NCBI GenBank assembly: GCA_021851735.1
Contig: JAJZCD010000001.1
Coordinates: 35,078-99,077, forward strand
Source: a bacterium
Lineage (GTDB): Bacteria > Patescibacteriota > Saccharimonadia > Saccharimonadales > UBA4665
DNA: 64,000 nucleotides
Direction of reading: 5' to 3'
This document shows, one piece after another, positions 27,903 through 37,026 of this stretch (position 1 is the first letter of the stretch; every line of letters begins with the position of its first letter). Under the pieces are notes generated by a model. That model did not search any database and was not told where the DNA came from. It saw only the letters and a program-made list of their open reading frames with translations. The translations under genes were made by a program, and so were the position numbers.

Positions 27903-29771
27903 CTAGATGACTAGCTTTGGCGTGTCATGTTGTATAAGTAACTGCCGGGTCCGCTCAATATAGGCTTGTTCGTCAGTTACACCTTCATCACGGTACCAGT
28001 TATCTAGTGCACGCAGCACAGTGCCAATTACTGACCGGTTAGTAAGGTCGAACTCATGGGCAAACCTAGTTAGTAACCAGTTACCATCGATTCCTATGTC
28101 GCGTTTCAGCGACGGTTGCCGAATCTCTGGAGTGCTAGTCTGGTAATGATGCCATAGTCTTTCAATAGCACGAAATGCTGGCTTGCGGTGACGCGTTTCG
28201 CCAGATCGCCAGCTAGCAGCAGCATCGGCACGGTGTAGTTCTAGTAAATCTTGGAATGCTGGATGGCCAAGCATGTGCTGCTGGTGGCTGGGCCGCATGT
28301 TTGGTAGATCATCGATCGACAGATGATGGTATATCATCCAGACTATATTGCGCGTATCGCGCGTTGAAAAACGGAGACGTCGTAGTAGGGTCGTAGCAAG
28401 CTCGGCCCCAACGGCGTAATGACGATCAAATCGTATGCGATCGTGCTTTTGACGTGGTTCCCGTTTGGTGGGGGCTTTGCCAATATCGTGCAGTAGAGCT
28501 GCCCAAGCAAGCTGCGTACTGGGATGCGGGGGCAAATTATGTAGAGTAAGCAACTCATGCTGCCACACGTCCCCCTCGGCGTGGAGTTGTGGCGGTTGGC
28601 GTACGCCTTTACCTGCGGTCACTTCCGGTAGTACCCGCGCTAGTATGCCGTACGTGTCGAGCTCGCGAAAAGCCTTGTGGCGGCTTGGGTGTATGAGCAA
28701 TCTAGTTAGTTCATCACGGAGCCGATCAATAGCAATAGTCTCGATGACGCCGGTTGATACTGCGGTCTGTATAGCCTTTACGGTGTCGGGATGATAGTCA
28801 AAACCTAATTGATTTTTAAAGCGAACTGCACGCATCAGCCGCAAGGGGTCTTCATGAATCCTAATAATCGGGTTACCAATAAATCGTATAAGGCGATGCT
28901 CCAGGTCGTTTATCCCATTAACATAATCAATAACAAATCCTGTGGCTGGATCGTATGCGAGTGCGTTAATGGTAAAGTCACGCCGTAGTACGTCGTCTTC
29001 CAGCGACGCAAAGGTGATTTTTGTGGCTCGACGACCGTGATGAGCGTCAATATCTTTGCGGAATGTGGCAATTTCAAGCGTGCTGGGATTGCCCTTATGT
29101 ACAAATTGTACACGGGTGACGCCGTAAGCTTGCGAAGTATCATGATATTGGGCATGGGTAAACTCGCGAAGGCCCATGATGTGCTTTGGTGTGGCATCGG
29201 TGACAAGGTCGAAGTCTTTAGGTGGGGTGCCGAGCCATAGATCGCGTACCGCTCCGCCAATTATGTAAGCAGTAAACTTGTGACGGCGTAATATGGCAGC
29301 AGCGTGTATGGCGGATTCGTAGTCGTGAGGGGCTGTTTGTTCGAACCATAGCGGCCCGATACTCTGCATAAAAATTCGAGTCGTAGTCGGTCCGATACCG
29401 TTAAATGCTAGTAACTGTGCTTCGAGCTTATGCGTATTACAGGCGTATTGCAACAGTTGTGAGAGCGAACCGTATTTGGTTTTTAGCTGCGTAGCAATTT
29501 GTATCAACTTAGTAGCAGTTGAAAAATCGTAGCGCACGTAGTGAGCTTGATCGAGCAGGCGCACTAAGGTATCCCAGTCGATTTTGGCGAGTTTGTCGAT
29601 ACTGGTAATGTCAGCCGCAATGAGTGTATGGTATGCGCGGCGGGCGATCGTCTGTTGGATTGGCTTGCCAAATAATAGGCTTGCCAAAAACCACCGGAAT
29701 AGCTGTGCCTCAGTTTTGCTCCCGAGATCTATGGAAAGTGTTTGAGGGTCAATGATAGGGTTTGGTTTCAT
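27903..29771 (-). CDS. cca: CCA-adding tRNA nucleotidyltransferase with HD domain and extra N-terminal HhH-GPD-like domain
   Basis: 622 aa. Pol-beta head GGAVRDLWLG..PKDFDLVT, RRDFTINA, and HD motif LLHDIGK. The N-terminal ~150 aa contain a helix-hairpin-helix LLAFNGIGPTTTRIF. Confidence 0.8.
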   Translation of the reverse strand: MKPNPIIDPQTLSIDLGSKTEAQLFRWFLASLLFGKPIQQTIARRAYHTLIAADITSIDKLAKIDWDTLVRLLDQAHYVRYDFSTATKLIQIATQLKTKYGSLSQLLQYACNTHKLEAQLLAFNGIGPTTTRIFMQSIGPLWFEQTAPHDYESAIHAAAILRRHKFTAYIIGGAVRDLWLGTPPKDFDLVTDATPKHIMGLREFTHAQYHDTSQAYGVTRVQFVHKGNPSTLEIATFRKDIDAHHGRRATKITFASLEDDVLRRDFTINALAYDPATGFVIDYVNGINDLEHRLIRFIGNPIIRIHEDPLRLMRAVRFKNQLGFDYHPDTVKAIQTAVSTGVIETIAIDRLRDELTRLLIHPSRHKAFRELDTYGILARVLPEVTAGKGVRQPPQLHAEGDVWQHELLTLHNLPPHPSTQLAWAALLHDIGKAPTKREPRQKHDRIRFDRHYAVGAELATTLLRRLRFSTRDTRNIVWMIYHHLSIDDLPNMRPSHQQHMLGHPAFQDLLELHRADAAASWRSGETRHRKPAFRAIERLWHHYQTSTPEIRQPSLKRDIGIDGNWLLTRFAHEFDLTNRSVIGTVLRALDNWYRDEGVTDEQAYIERTRQLLIQHDTPKLVI

Positions 29772-29801
29772 GGTATATTCCTGAATTGTACGTGTACGGT
29801 G

Positions 29802-30068
29802 TTACTCTTGCTGTCTGGGTGCGGTCTCGCCAGGTGCATCATGGCCTTGTGCGATAAGCAGTTCAAGTGCTTCGGAACGGTTCATAAAATCAACTTTGTT
29901 TGTGAACACCTCGTTAGCAGGATAGAGCGTTAAGAAGTCTAGTACGGTCTGACTAGCCCCATGCATCTTTGCGGCTGCACTGAGTATGCTGCGCGTTGCA
30001 GGAAATGATGTATTTTTGGCTAGGTAAAGCAGATCGCGCACTGGGGGTAATTGTTTGTCGTGCTTCAT
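29802..30068 (-). CDS. small conserved protein (DUF2795-like)
   Basis: 88 aa. FPATRSILSAAAKMHGASQTVLDFL resembles DUF2795. 4-nt overlap with the upstream PRTase gene. Confidence 0.35.
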   Translation of the reverse strand: MKHDKQLPPVRDLLYLAKNTSFPATRSILSAAAKMHGASQTVLDFLTLYPANEVFTNKVDFMNRSEALELLIAQGHDAPGETAPRQQE

Positions 30069-30703
30069 AAGTATGCCTTCCTAAGTAACGTTTGTACGGT
30101 CGTGTTGGTTACCTGGTCGAATGCACGGTAATGCGCCGCAATAGCTCCGGCAAAAGAATCGACCGCTTCCAGGGTCACTATATCGTCGGCAAGTGCCGTT
30201 AACTTAACCATAGCTTCACGTGAGACAACTGGTAGGGCTACTATGATTTTTTTAGGGCGTTTGCTGCGTGTCGCCTTAATGGCTGCCACCATAGTGAGCC
30301 CAGTGGCCGCACCATCATCGACCAATATGGCAGTTTTTCCCGTAACTATAGGTGGGTGCAGCATTGAGCCATAGTACAGTTTGCGGCGTTTGGCTATGAA
30401 CTTGCGGGCATCAGCCTCAGCATGGTCGAGCCATTGTTTGTCGATATCCCGCACCTCAGCTTGTGCGTATACGGGCTGCTCGTTTTCTGCTACTGCGCCT
30501 ATAGCGTATTCTGGCGATGTTGGATGACAAATTTTGTATACTAAGACTATTCCGAGTGGTGCGTGTAGTTGCTGTGCGACTGTTGCGGCTAGTACGACGC
30601 CACCGCGTGGTAACCCCAGAATGACCGGATGTTCGATAGTGAATGATCGCAAAGCTTCAGCGAGGTGCAGCCCGGCATCAGTGCGAGTATCGTACATGGC
30701 CAA
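30065..30703 (-). CDS. phosphoribosyltransferase family protein
   Basis: 212 aa. PRPP-binding loop ILVDDGAATGLTM. Confidence 0.75.
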   Translation of the reverse strand: MAMYDTRTDAGLHLAEALRSFTIEHPVILGLPRGGVVLAATVAQQLHAPLGIVLVYKICHPTSPEYAIGAVAENEQPVYAQAEVRDIDKQWLDHAEADARKFIAKRRKLYYGSMLHPPIVTGKTAILVDDGAATGLTMVAAIKATRSKRPKKIIVALPVVSREAMVKLTALADDIVTLEAVDSFAGAIAAHYRAFDQVTNTTVQTLLRKAYL

Positions 30704-30874
30704 ACTCCTTTCTGCCTGGCGTTGTGCCGCAGAGCGTGCATATAACAGCCGTGGCGGAGGTAGTGCAACTACTTACCGGGGCACATGGTTCTCCGCTCGT
30801 CTAGTATTTACGCATGTATTGGCGAAGATATCAGTAGGACGTTTGATACTAGACGTCCTTTTCCATGGATAGCA

Positions 30875-31435
30875 TTAATCGTTCTTGCTGAAGGCTGACA
30901 CTGAGAATCCAGGGCACCAGGTAGCAGCTGTGATGGGGATAGTTATACTGCTCGTAGCATTGGGCGGCGTAACGAGGAGCGCGGACGCTCCTTGCTTACA
31001 TAGTATGCCCGGTTTACTCCCCACTGCCATAAAATGTACTGCGGCTTTGACAGTACCCGCTGCCGCGAGTGTTATGCGCGCTGCAGTCTTTGTGGTAGTT
31101 AGTTGCTTCGCTGGAGTGCCAACAGCATTGCCGTCGGCATCTACTAGTTGTAACTCTGGGGCTCCCTGTATAGTACATGCAGAATCTCCGGTGTTTTGAA
31201 GTATTAGGTTCATGTATGAGCTATTTATAGCTGTGGCACTTACAGTACCGGTCAGATTTGCAGGGGTACAAGCTGAAAATTCTGCTGCATGGTTATTATA
31301 GGCGTTACTCTTGTTGGAGATGGTTACTGTAGCTGGTTTACGCCAATAATGCCCGGCGAGTAGTGTGCTCATAGTCCCTACGACCAGAATAAGCATTGCC
31401 ACTCCTGCAATTACTGTGGCTCTCTCTTTCCACAT
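30875..31435 (-). CDS. secreted/anchored DUF4232-like protein
   Basis: 186 aa. N-terminal TM/signal, Cys-framed beta domain (FSACTPANLTG...NTGDSACTIQGAPELQLVDADGN). Confidence 0.45.
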   Translation of the reverse strand: MWKERATVIAGVAMLILVVGTMSTLLAGHYWRKPATVTISNKSNAYNNHAAEFSACTPANLTGTVSATAINSSYMNLILQNTGDSACTIQGAPELQLVDADGNAVGTPAKQLTTTKTAARITLAAAGTVKAAVHFMAVGSKPGILCKQGASALLVTPPNATSSITIPITAATWCPGFSVSAFSKND

Positions 31436-31472
31436 ATCTAACAGTATACTCGTATCTTGTGTTATACAGGTA

Positions 31473-32036
31473 CTAGATAGGGCGCTCCTTCACACCCATC
31501 AAATAGCCAACAGCGCTCGCGATAAGGTGTATGATCAGCCATAGTATGATCAGCCAGACATATTGCAGCAGACTGAGTTGTACGAACGCCATTGTGGCAA
31601 GTGCGCCACCAATTATGTAATCTGTCTGGTCGAACGGGAACCAGCCTTGGCCGGGCGCTATGTTTCGTTGGCGTTTAAAAAAGCTTTCTATAGCGTCTCC
31701 GCCTAAGGCGCCAATTGCAAATAATGGCCCCACGATGAGAGTCGGTAGCTGTAGGTAATTGACTTGGCTGGTCCAAGTCTCCAATCCACTGGAGTGTGCT
31801 ATAGCTAGTTGCTGCAGGCCAAGCGCCAGCGTACCGCACACAATACCGGTGATCAGACCGCGCCAGGTTTTATGTGCCCCGAATATACGGTTACCATGGT
31901 ATGTCTTTCCCATATCTATCGGTGCATCAAGGTGCTTAAGTTGCGGAATTTGGGCGGCGAATATTGGAGTGACATTGGCAATTCCAGCTGGCAAAAAGAA
32001 CCACAAGGCAAAGAATATATCATGTAGTAAGTGCAT
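31473..32036 (-). CDS. carS: CarS-like (CDP-archaeol synthase / DUF46 family) membrane cytidylyltransferase
   Basis: 187 aa, ~5 TM. LPAGIANVTP, PIDMGKTYHGNRIFGAHKTWRG, GDAIESFFKRQ and FDQTDY match, from memory, the archaeal CarS pattern (PIDFGK...GDGKTWRG, GD...SFIKR, DQ). Its start directly abuts the stop of the PHP gene. Confidence 0.7.
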   Translation of the reverse strand: MHLLHDIFFALWFFLPAGIANVTPIFAAQIPQLKHLDAPIDMGKTYHGNRIFGAHKTWRGLITGIVCGTLALGLQQLAIAHSSGLETWTSQVNYLQLPTLIVGPLFAIGALGGDAIESFFKRQRNIAPGQGWFPFDQTDYIIGGALATMAFVQLSLLQYVWLIILWLIIHLIASAVGYLMGVKERPI

Positions 32037-32672
32037 CTAGCGGTGGCCTCGCAGGCGGTTGAACTTGGGGTATATTCGGCCACGTACGCCCGTAGATCGC
32101 TTACTGTGCTGGGCATCCTGTAATAGGCCGGTGAGTGTTTTATACGTGGGTTTGTGGGCAACCGTGCTATACGTACGCCCCCAACCATGCCAGCCGTGGC
32201 TGTCACTGCTACTGGCGCCTGGCAGGTGGTGCGTTTGCGCCCACTGCTCTGCCAGTTTGCCGCGATTTTGTAGGCTGCGTCCGTTATAGGTTTCTACTAT
32301 GTTTACAGCTGTAGCGATATTATTGAGCGACGCCAGCGATATACCTTTGCGCACGGTTTCAAATGGATGTGGTATGTATACGATACCCCGTTGTATTTGT
32401 ATTCGCCTGACAGTTTCGGCCGCTGATAAGCCAGGTGGTATAGGCGTTTTCAAATACAGCCCGATGATCTCACCCTCCTGGGTGGTAATTTCTTCGCCTA
32501 TGATAATCTGATTGCCAAGAGCCGCTTGCGCAGCAACGGCGAAATCTATCCGATCATGGTCAGTAATGGCAATGTAGTCAAGTGTGCCAGATTGTAGCAT
32601 ATGTCGGTAATCTTCTAGACGCAGCGATCCGTCTGGCGATGCTTGCGAGTGGGTATGCAAATCTATGTTCAT
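32037..32672 (-). CDS. PHP-domain metal-dependent phosphoesterase
   Basis: 211 aa. N-terminal IDLHTHSQASPDGS, later ITDHD, PHP and SSDSH metal-ligand motifs. Confidence 0.75.
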   Translation of the reverse strand: MNIDLHTHSQASPDGSLRLEDYRHMLQSGTLDYIAITDHDRIDFAVAAQAALGNQIIIGEEITTQEGEIIGLYLKTPIPPGLSAAETVRRIQIQRGIVYIPHPFETVRKGISLASLNNIATAVNIVETYNGRSLQNRGKLAEQWAQTHHLPGASSSDSHGWHGWGRTYSTVAHKPTYKTLTGLLQDAQHSKRSTGVRGRIYPKFNRLRGHR

Positions 32673-33292
32673 GCCCGTAAGGCTCGGCTAATGTCGATTA
32701 ATCGCTGTAGGGCTGCGAAGCTGGCCAGTACGGCGATAACGGCAGTTGCAAGGGCAACTTGGCTAAACAATAATCCAGCTGCCAGTACCGCCATGCGGAT
32801 TTCGAATGGTGCTAGACCGCCGCGGAAAAGCTTATTCAGATCGGTATATTTTTTACGCTTATCCTGCGTCGCAAATATAGTCTCACCTTTGGCACGGACG
32901 TAGCTAACGCAAATTGACGCTCCACAAGCTATGACTGCAATCGCGGCGTTACGAGGATGTGATCCGCTCGCTAGCAGCAGCCCGACGCCAGTGTATAGCA
33001 CTACCTCTTTGAATCGGTCGGTGGTCGCATCAAGAAATCCTCCCTGGTCGCTCACCCGGTTCTGTAAACGTGCCAGTTCCCCGTCCAGTGTGTCAAATAA
33101 CCCGAAAAATATGAGTAACATAGCAGCCCAAACTGTGTGGTTGGTGGCAATAAGCGCGGCAATTGGTATGTGCATACCCATGCCAAACCACGTTACCATG
33201 TTGGGCGTTAACTTGCCTCCTGTAAAACGATTGAGTGGTACGGCCAGGGCTCGTATGCCCTGTCGTAAGGTTTGTCTGATGCGATTCACCAT
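32669..33292 (-). CDS. CDP-alcohol phosphatidyltransferase (phosphatidylinositol-phosphate synthase-like)
   Basis: 207 aa. Perfect D-x2-DG-x2-AR-x8-G-x3-D-x3-D motif (DTLDGELARLQNRVSDQGGFLDATTD), polytopic. Confidence 0.85.
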   Translation of the reverse strand: MVNRIRQTLRQGIRALAVPLNRFTGGKLTPNMVTWFGMGMHIPIAALIATNHTVWAAMLLIFFGLFDTLDGELARLQNRVSDQGGFLDATTDRFKEVVLYTGVGLLLASGSHPRNAAIAVIACGASICVSYVRAKGETIFATQDKRKKYTDLNKLFRGGLAPFEIRMAVLAAGLLFSQVALATAVIAVLASFAALQRLIDISRALRA

Positions 33293-33304
33293 ATCTTGTT
33301 GTTA

Positions 33305-34438
33305 TTATTGTAGCACTTTACCACGCCTAGCTGCTCTCTTACTTTGACCGTATCTAGCTATGAATTGCTCTACGAGCGCTCTTGCTTCGTGGTCTTCAAC
33401 CTGTTTTGGTGGGTGCTTCTGGAAGTAGGCCGCAGGTTCTACGATAGGCCCGGCGAGCCTGTGATCGAGTGCGAGCTTGCAACAGCGTATTGAATCAATC
33501 GCAACACCAGCGCTATTGGGCGAGTCTTCTACGCTGAGACGTAGTTCAAGATGCATTGGTACGTCACCGAAGTGCTTACTCTCAATCCGTAGGAAGCAAA
33601 TTTTATTATCCTTTTGCCATGGTACGTAATCGCTTGGTCCAACATGAATATTCTCGGGAGCGATAGACTGACCATGAGCTTCTATCTGTGAGCTGACCGC
33701 TTCAGTCTTAGAGATTTTTTTGTATTGTAGGCGGTCACGTTCCAGCATATTTAAAAAGTCAGTATTGCCGCCTGTATTTAGCTGGTATGTACGCTCCACT
33801 TTCATACCCCGGTCAAGGAATAGATTGACGAGCGTACGGTGCGTAATGGTAGCACCTACTTGTGCTTTAATGTCGTCGCCGATTACCGGTAGACCGGCTT
33901 GTGTAAACCTACGTGCCCATGTGGGGTCGCTGGCTATAAAAACAGGTATGCAGTTGACGAATCCGCAGCCAGCCTCTAAGGCGGCCTGGGCGTAAAATTC
34001 GGTAGCTATCTGAGAACCGACTGGTAAGTAATTTACTACAATGTCAGCGTTGCTTGCCCGTAAGACATCTACAACGCTTGCTACCTCTTGCTTAGCATTG
34101 ACCGGTATAAGTGGTGCAGTGTACGTGTTGATGCCATCTAAAACTGGTCCGCGGGAAACTTGTACCCCTATGGTTGGTACGCTGGCGAAGGTAGTGGTGT
34201 TATTTGGCTTGGCAAAGATTGCCTCAGCTACGTCTTTACCTACTTTATTGTCATTAACATCAAAAGCTGCCACGATCTCAATGTCACGAATATGGTAACC
34301 GCCAAAATTTACGTGCATGACCCCTGGTACAAACGCATCGTCTTGTGCGTCTCGGTAGTAATATATTCCTTGTACGAGTGATGAGGCACAGTTGCCTACC
34401 CCGACAATTGCCAGTTTTATATTCCGTTTAGCAGGCAT
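33305..34438 (-). CDS. ino1: myo-inositol-1-phosphate (inositol-3-phosphate) synthase
   Basis: 377 aa. Rossmann start [21 protein letters not shown]. Length and motifs are typical of archaeal/actinobacterial MIPS. Confidence 0.85.
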   Translation of the reverse strand: MPAKRNIKLAIVGVGNCASSLVQGIYYYRDAQDDAFVPGVMHVNFGGYHIRDIEIVAAFDVNDNKVGKDVAEAIFAKPNNTTTFASVPTIGVQVSRGPVLDGINTYTAPLIPVNAKQEVASVVDVLRASNADIVVNYLPVGSQIATEFYAQAALEAGCGFVNCIPVFIASDPTWARRFTQAGLPVIGDDIKAQVGATITHRTLVNLFLDRGMKVERTYQLNTGGNTDFLNMLERDRLQYKKISKTEAVSSQIEAHGQSIAPENIHVGPSDYVPWQKDNKICFLRIESKHFGDVPMHLELRLSVEDSPNSAGVAIDSIRCCKLALDHRLAGPIVEPAAYFQKHPPKQVEDHEARALVEQFIARYGQSKRAARRGKVLQ

Positions 34439-34529
34439 AATGTGTTCTCCTTACGGTTGTCCCTTTATAGTAGGCGTTGTTGATTTATAACTCCAATATA
34501 TTTATTCCATATATGTATAATCTATAATT

Positions 34530-35444
34530 ATGGAAGATCGGCTCAAAAAGTTTGTGCAATTGGTTGACGCGGGCAGCTTTACCAGGGCGGCACATACGTT
34601 ACATATATCGCAACCCGCGTTGTCGGTGGCGGTTGGTAAATTAGAGCGTGAGCTGGGAGCTGCACTGCTAGTACATGGTGTGCGTCCGATGACACTGACT
34701 CCGGCTGGTAAATTGGCCTATGCTAGCGGCAGAGAATTGTCAGTTCATACTAGTAATCTGAGCCGGCAGTTGGCTGAGCTGGCGACGCGCGAGACAACTG
34801 TATCGGTAGGTATGATTGACAGCGTGGCTGGGACTTTTTTAGGATCCTCCAAAGGGATCACTGCATTAGAACGTAATGCAGCTGTGTCATTGGTGGTAGA
34901 CAATTCTCGGAATTTGGTTAACGCTATTGAAAGAGGCGACCTGGATATAGCGTTCGTGACTTCCCAGAGCCAATATGCCGATATAGTAGAGGTTATTGCT
35001 AGTGAGGCAGAGCCGCTAGTAACTGTCTGCCATAAGCGGCAGCAAGTGGCAGTGAACCGAGCAGTGCAAACCGGCTGCCTACCCTCATTTATCAGCTATG
35101 ATGAAGCTTCTACTAGTCACAAGCTCATTGTGAGCGCGCTGTGGCGACGCGGTGTGACTGCCAAAACGGCTTTTTATTCAACGAGTCCTGAGGTTATGCT
35201 ACGTTTAGTGCTTCTCAAAAAAGGTGTTTCCGTACTGCCTTATTCGCAGGTACGGGATCGATTAATGGCTGGTGATGTGGCGCTTGTCGGCAAGCCTCCA
35301 CTGCTGGTTAGCAGGCGCATAAATGTAATAAAACGTCGTGATATGTTGGTGCCTACATCACTTATGCGTACTGCTCACCATGTTACGCATGTGCTACGTG
35401 ATGTTCACACTCACGTCGATGCGTACGTTGCGGCGTCGCAGTAA
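34530..35444 (+). CDS. LysR-family transcriptional regulator
   Basis: 304 aa. N-terminal HTH FVQLVDAGSFTRAAHTLHISQPALSVAVGKLE. Divergent from the ino1 operon. Confidence 0.85.
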   Translation: MEDRLKKFVQLVDAGSFTRAAHTLHISQPALSVAVGKLERELGAALLVHGVRPMTLTPAGKLAYASGRELSVHTSNLSRQLAELATRETTVSVGMIDSVAGTFLGSSKGITALERNAAVSLVVDNSRNLVNAIERGDLDIAFVTSQSQYADIVEVIASEAEPLVTVCHKRQQVAVNRAVQTGCLPSFISYDEASTSHKLIVSALWRRGVTAKTAFYSTSPEVMLRLVLLKKGVSVLPYSQVRDRLMAGDVALVGKPPLLVSRRINVIKRRDMLVPTSLMRTAHHVTHVLRDVHTHVDAYVAASQ

Positions 35445-35577
35445 CCATAATACGACTGTGACGAGCAAGTAAACCGCGTCGTCACCGCGGCTGCTGGTGG
35501 AAAAGTGATAGGTAGCTAAAACTCGTGTGTGAGTTTTTACTGCTCTATTTTTGAGGACTAGCTATAGTGCATGACGT

Positions 35578-36261
35578 ATGTGTGGAAGGTATACATTGTA
35601 TGATGCTAGTGTAATCCCGGAACGGTTTCAGACTCGTGCGCTGCCGGAATCATATCATTTGCACGATAGCTACAATGTATCGCCTGGGCAAATGTTGCCG
35701 GTAATTGTACAGACTGATTACGGCCGAACGATAGAGATTATGAAGTGGGGATTTGTGCCGGTGTGGGCTCACAATCAGGACACTGCCTATCGCATGATCA
35801 ACGCACGTGCCGAAAACATTTTTGATAAACCGGCTTGGCGGGGGCCTATTAAACATCATCGATGCCTGGTCCCGGCTAGCGGATTTTATGAATGGCTGGG
35901 TCGCCCCAAAGTGCACGCCAAGCGACCCTTTTATATTTTCCCAAAGGATGGCAAGCTGCTAGCATTTGCCGGTGTGTACGATACGTGGCATAACGACGCT
36001 GGCGATGAAGTCTGGTCGTACGCCATAGTCACAACTCAGGCGAGTGCAACGGTAGCGATAGTGCATGATCGTATGCCGGTCATATTGTCCCCTGCCCATT
36101 GGCGAATATGGCTTAATGGTACGGTTCAAGACCGGGGCACGCTAATGGCATTGCTACAGCCGTATAGCAATAGCAAGTTAGCATTGTATGAAGTTAGTAC
36201 AGATGTAAACGTCGTCAAAAATAATGATCGTCATTTAGTGTATCCGCTTCCCAGATCCTGA
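35578..36261 (+). CDS. yedK: SOS-response-associated peptidase (SRAP/YedK, abasic-site crosslinking protein)
   Basis: 227 aa. N-terminal MCGRY, NARAE, and PASGFYEW. Confidence 0.85.
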   Translation: MCGRYTLYDASVIPERFQTRALPESYHLHDSYNVSPGQMLPVIVQTDYGRTIEIMKWGFVPVWAHNQDTAYRMINARAENIFDKPAWRGPIKHHRCLVPASGFYEWLGRPKVHAKRPFYIFPKDGKLLAFAGVYDTWHNDAGDEVWSYAIVTTQASATVAIVHDRMPVILSPAHWRIWLNGTVQDRGTLMALLQPYSNSKLALYEVSTDVNVVKNNDRHLVYPLPRS

Positions 36262-36325
36262 AGAGTCCTATGCACGTTTATGGGGGGTATTCGTCGGTGT
36301 TAGCAGTGGATAAAAGTAACGTATT

Positions 36326-36865
36326 CTATTTAGAATCGTCTTTGATACTGAGCGGTTTGAGTAAACTATCGACGAAATGCTCGGCTTGCTGGTAAAAAGA
36401 TGGACGCCGTGCTTTTTCGGTTTTGATATGCTGGTGCAGTTTGTGCATGGCTGGGTGGGCATCCATGTTCTTGAGGAGCAGCTTGAACTCATCATCCAAA
36501 GCTGATAGCTCACCGTCGGTTAATGTCTCAAGTCCTATGAATGCGTCACGAGCTTTGTTGTTAGCTACTATCAACTCATTTAACTTGAGCTGCAGGGCCT
36601 TGCTGTCGCGAAACTGCGTGTTCTGGATGGAAAATACCATCACAAATATGATGACGTCAGTAACAACTGTAATGGCAAGTAACCAAGTGTTGGAAAAATG
36701 AAACTCTGGACCGAGTGCTAGCCATAGAAAAACTGCAAAGATTGATAGCAAGAAGGCAGTTGTGGAGCTCCCCCACTTGGAAACGGTCATTGATATATGT
36801 TGTAACCGGTGTCTTATTTTCATGACTGCTCTCTCAGTATAAAACAATCTGCCGTTGATTGTCAT
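36326..36865 (-). CDS. low-affinity iron permease family membrane protein
   Basis: 179 aa. WLALGPEFHFSNTWLLAITVVTDVIIFVMVFSIQNTQFRDSKALQLKLNELI matches the Fet4-like Iron_permease signature (IQNTQNRD...KLDELI). Confidence 0.65.
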   Translation of the reverse strand: MTINGRLFYTERAVMKIRHRLQHISMTVSKWGSSTTAFLLSIFAVFLWLALGPEFHFSNTWLLAITVVTDVIIFVMVFSIQNTQFRDSKALQLKLNELIVANNKARDAFIGLETLTDGELSALDDEFKLLLKNMDAHPAMHKLHQHIKTEKARRPSFYQQAEHFVDSLLKPLSIKDDSK

Positions 36866-37026
36866 GTCTCTCGGTTATTTCTAGACATCTTGTGCTATGA
36901 ATATACGGATGTGATGCCGTGGCGGAAGAATGCTCTTTCTACATGGATATGAAGGGCATGTGTAACGGGTTCACATTGTAAGATATCTCGGTGCTGCTAT
37001 AGGGGTGGCCCGCGTACACTGCCGAT

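Noticed and set aside
34464-34489. Direct TTTATA repeats 20 bp apart in the ino1/LysR spacer as a LysR T-N11-A box
   Set aside because: I could not define a convincing dyad with T-N11-A geometry, and the region is simply AT-rich. It is noted only as a place to look in a footprinting experiment.
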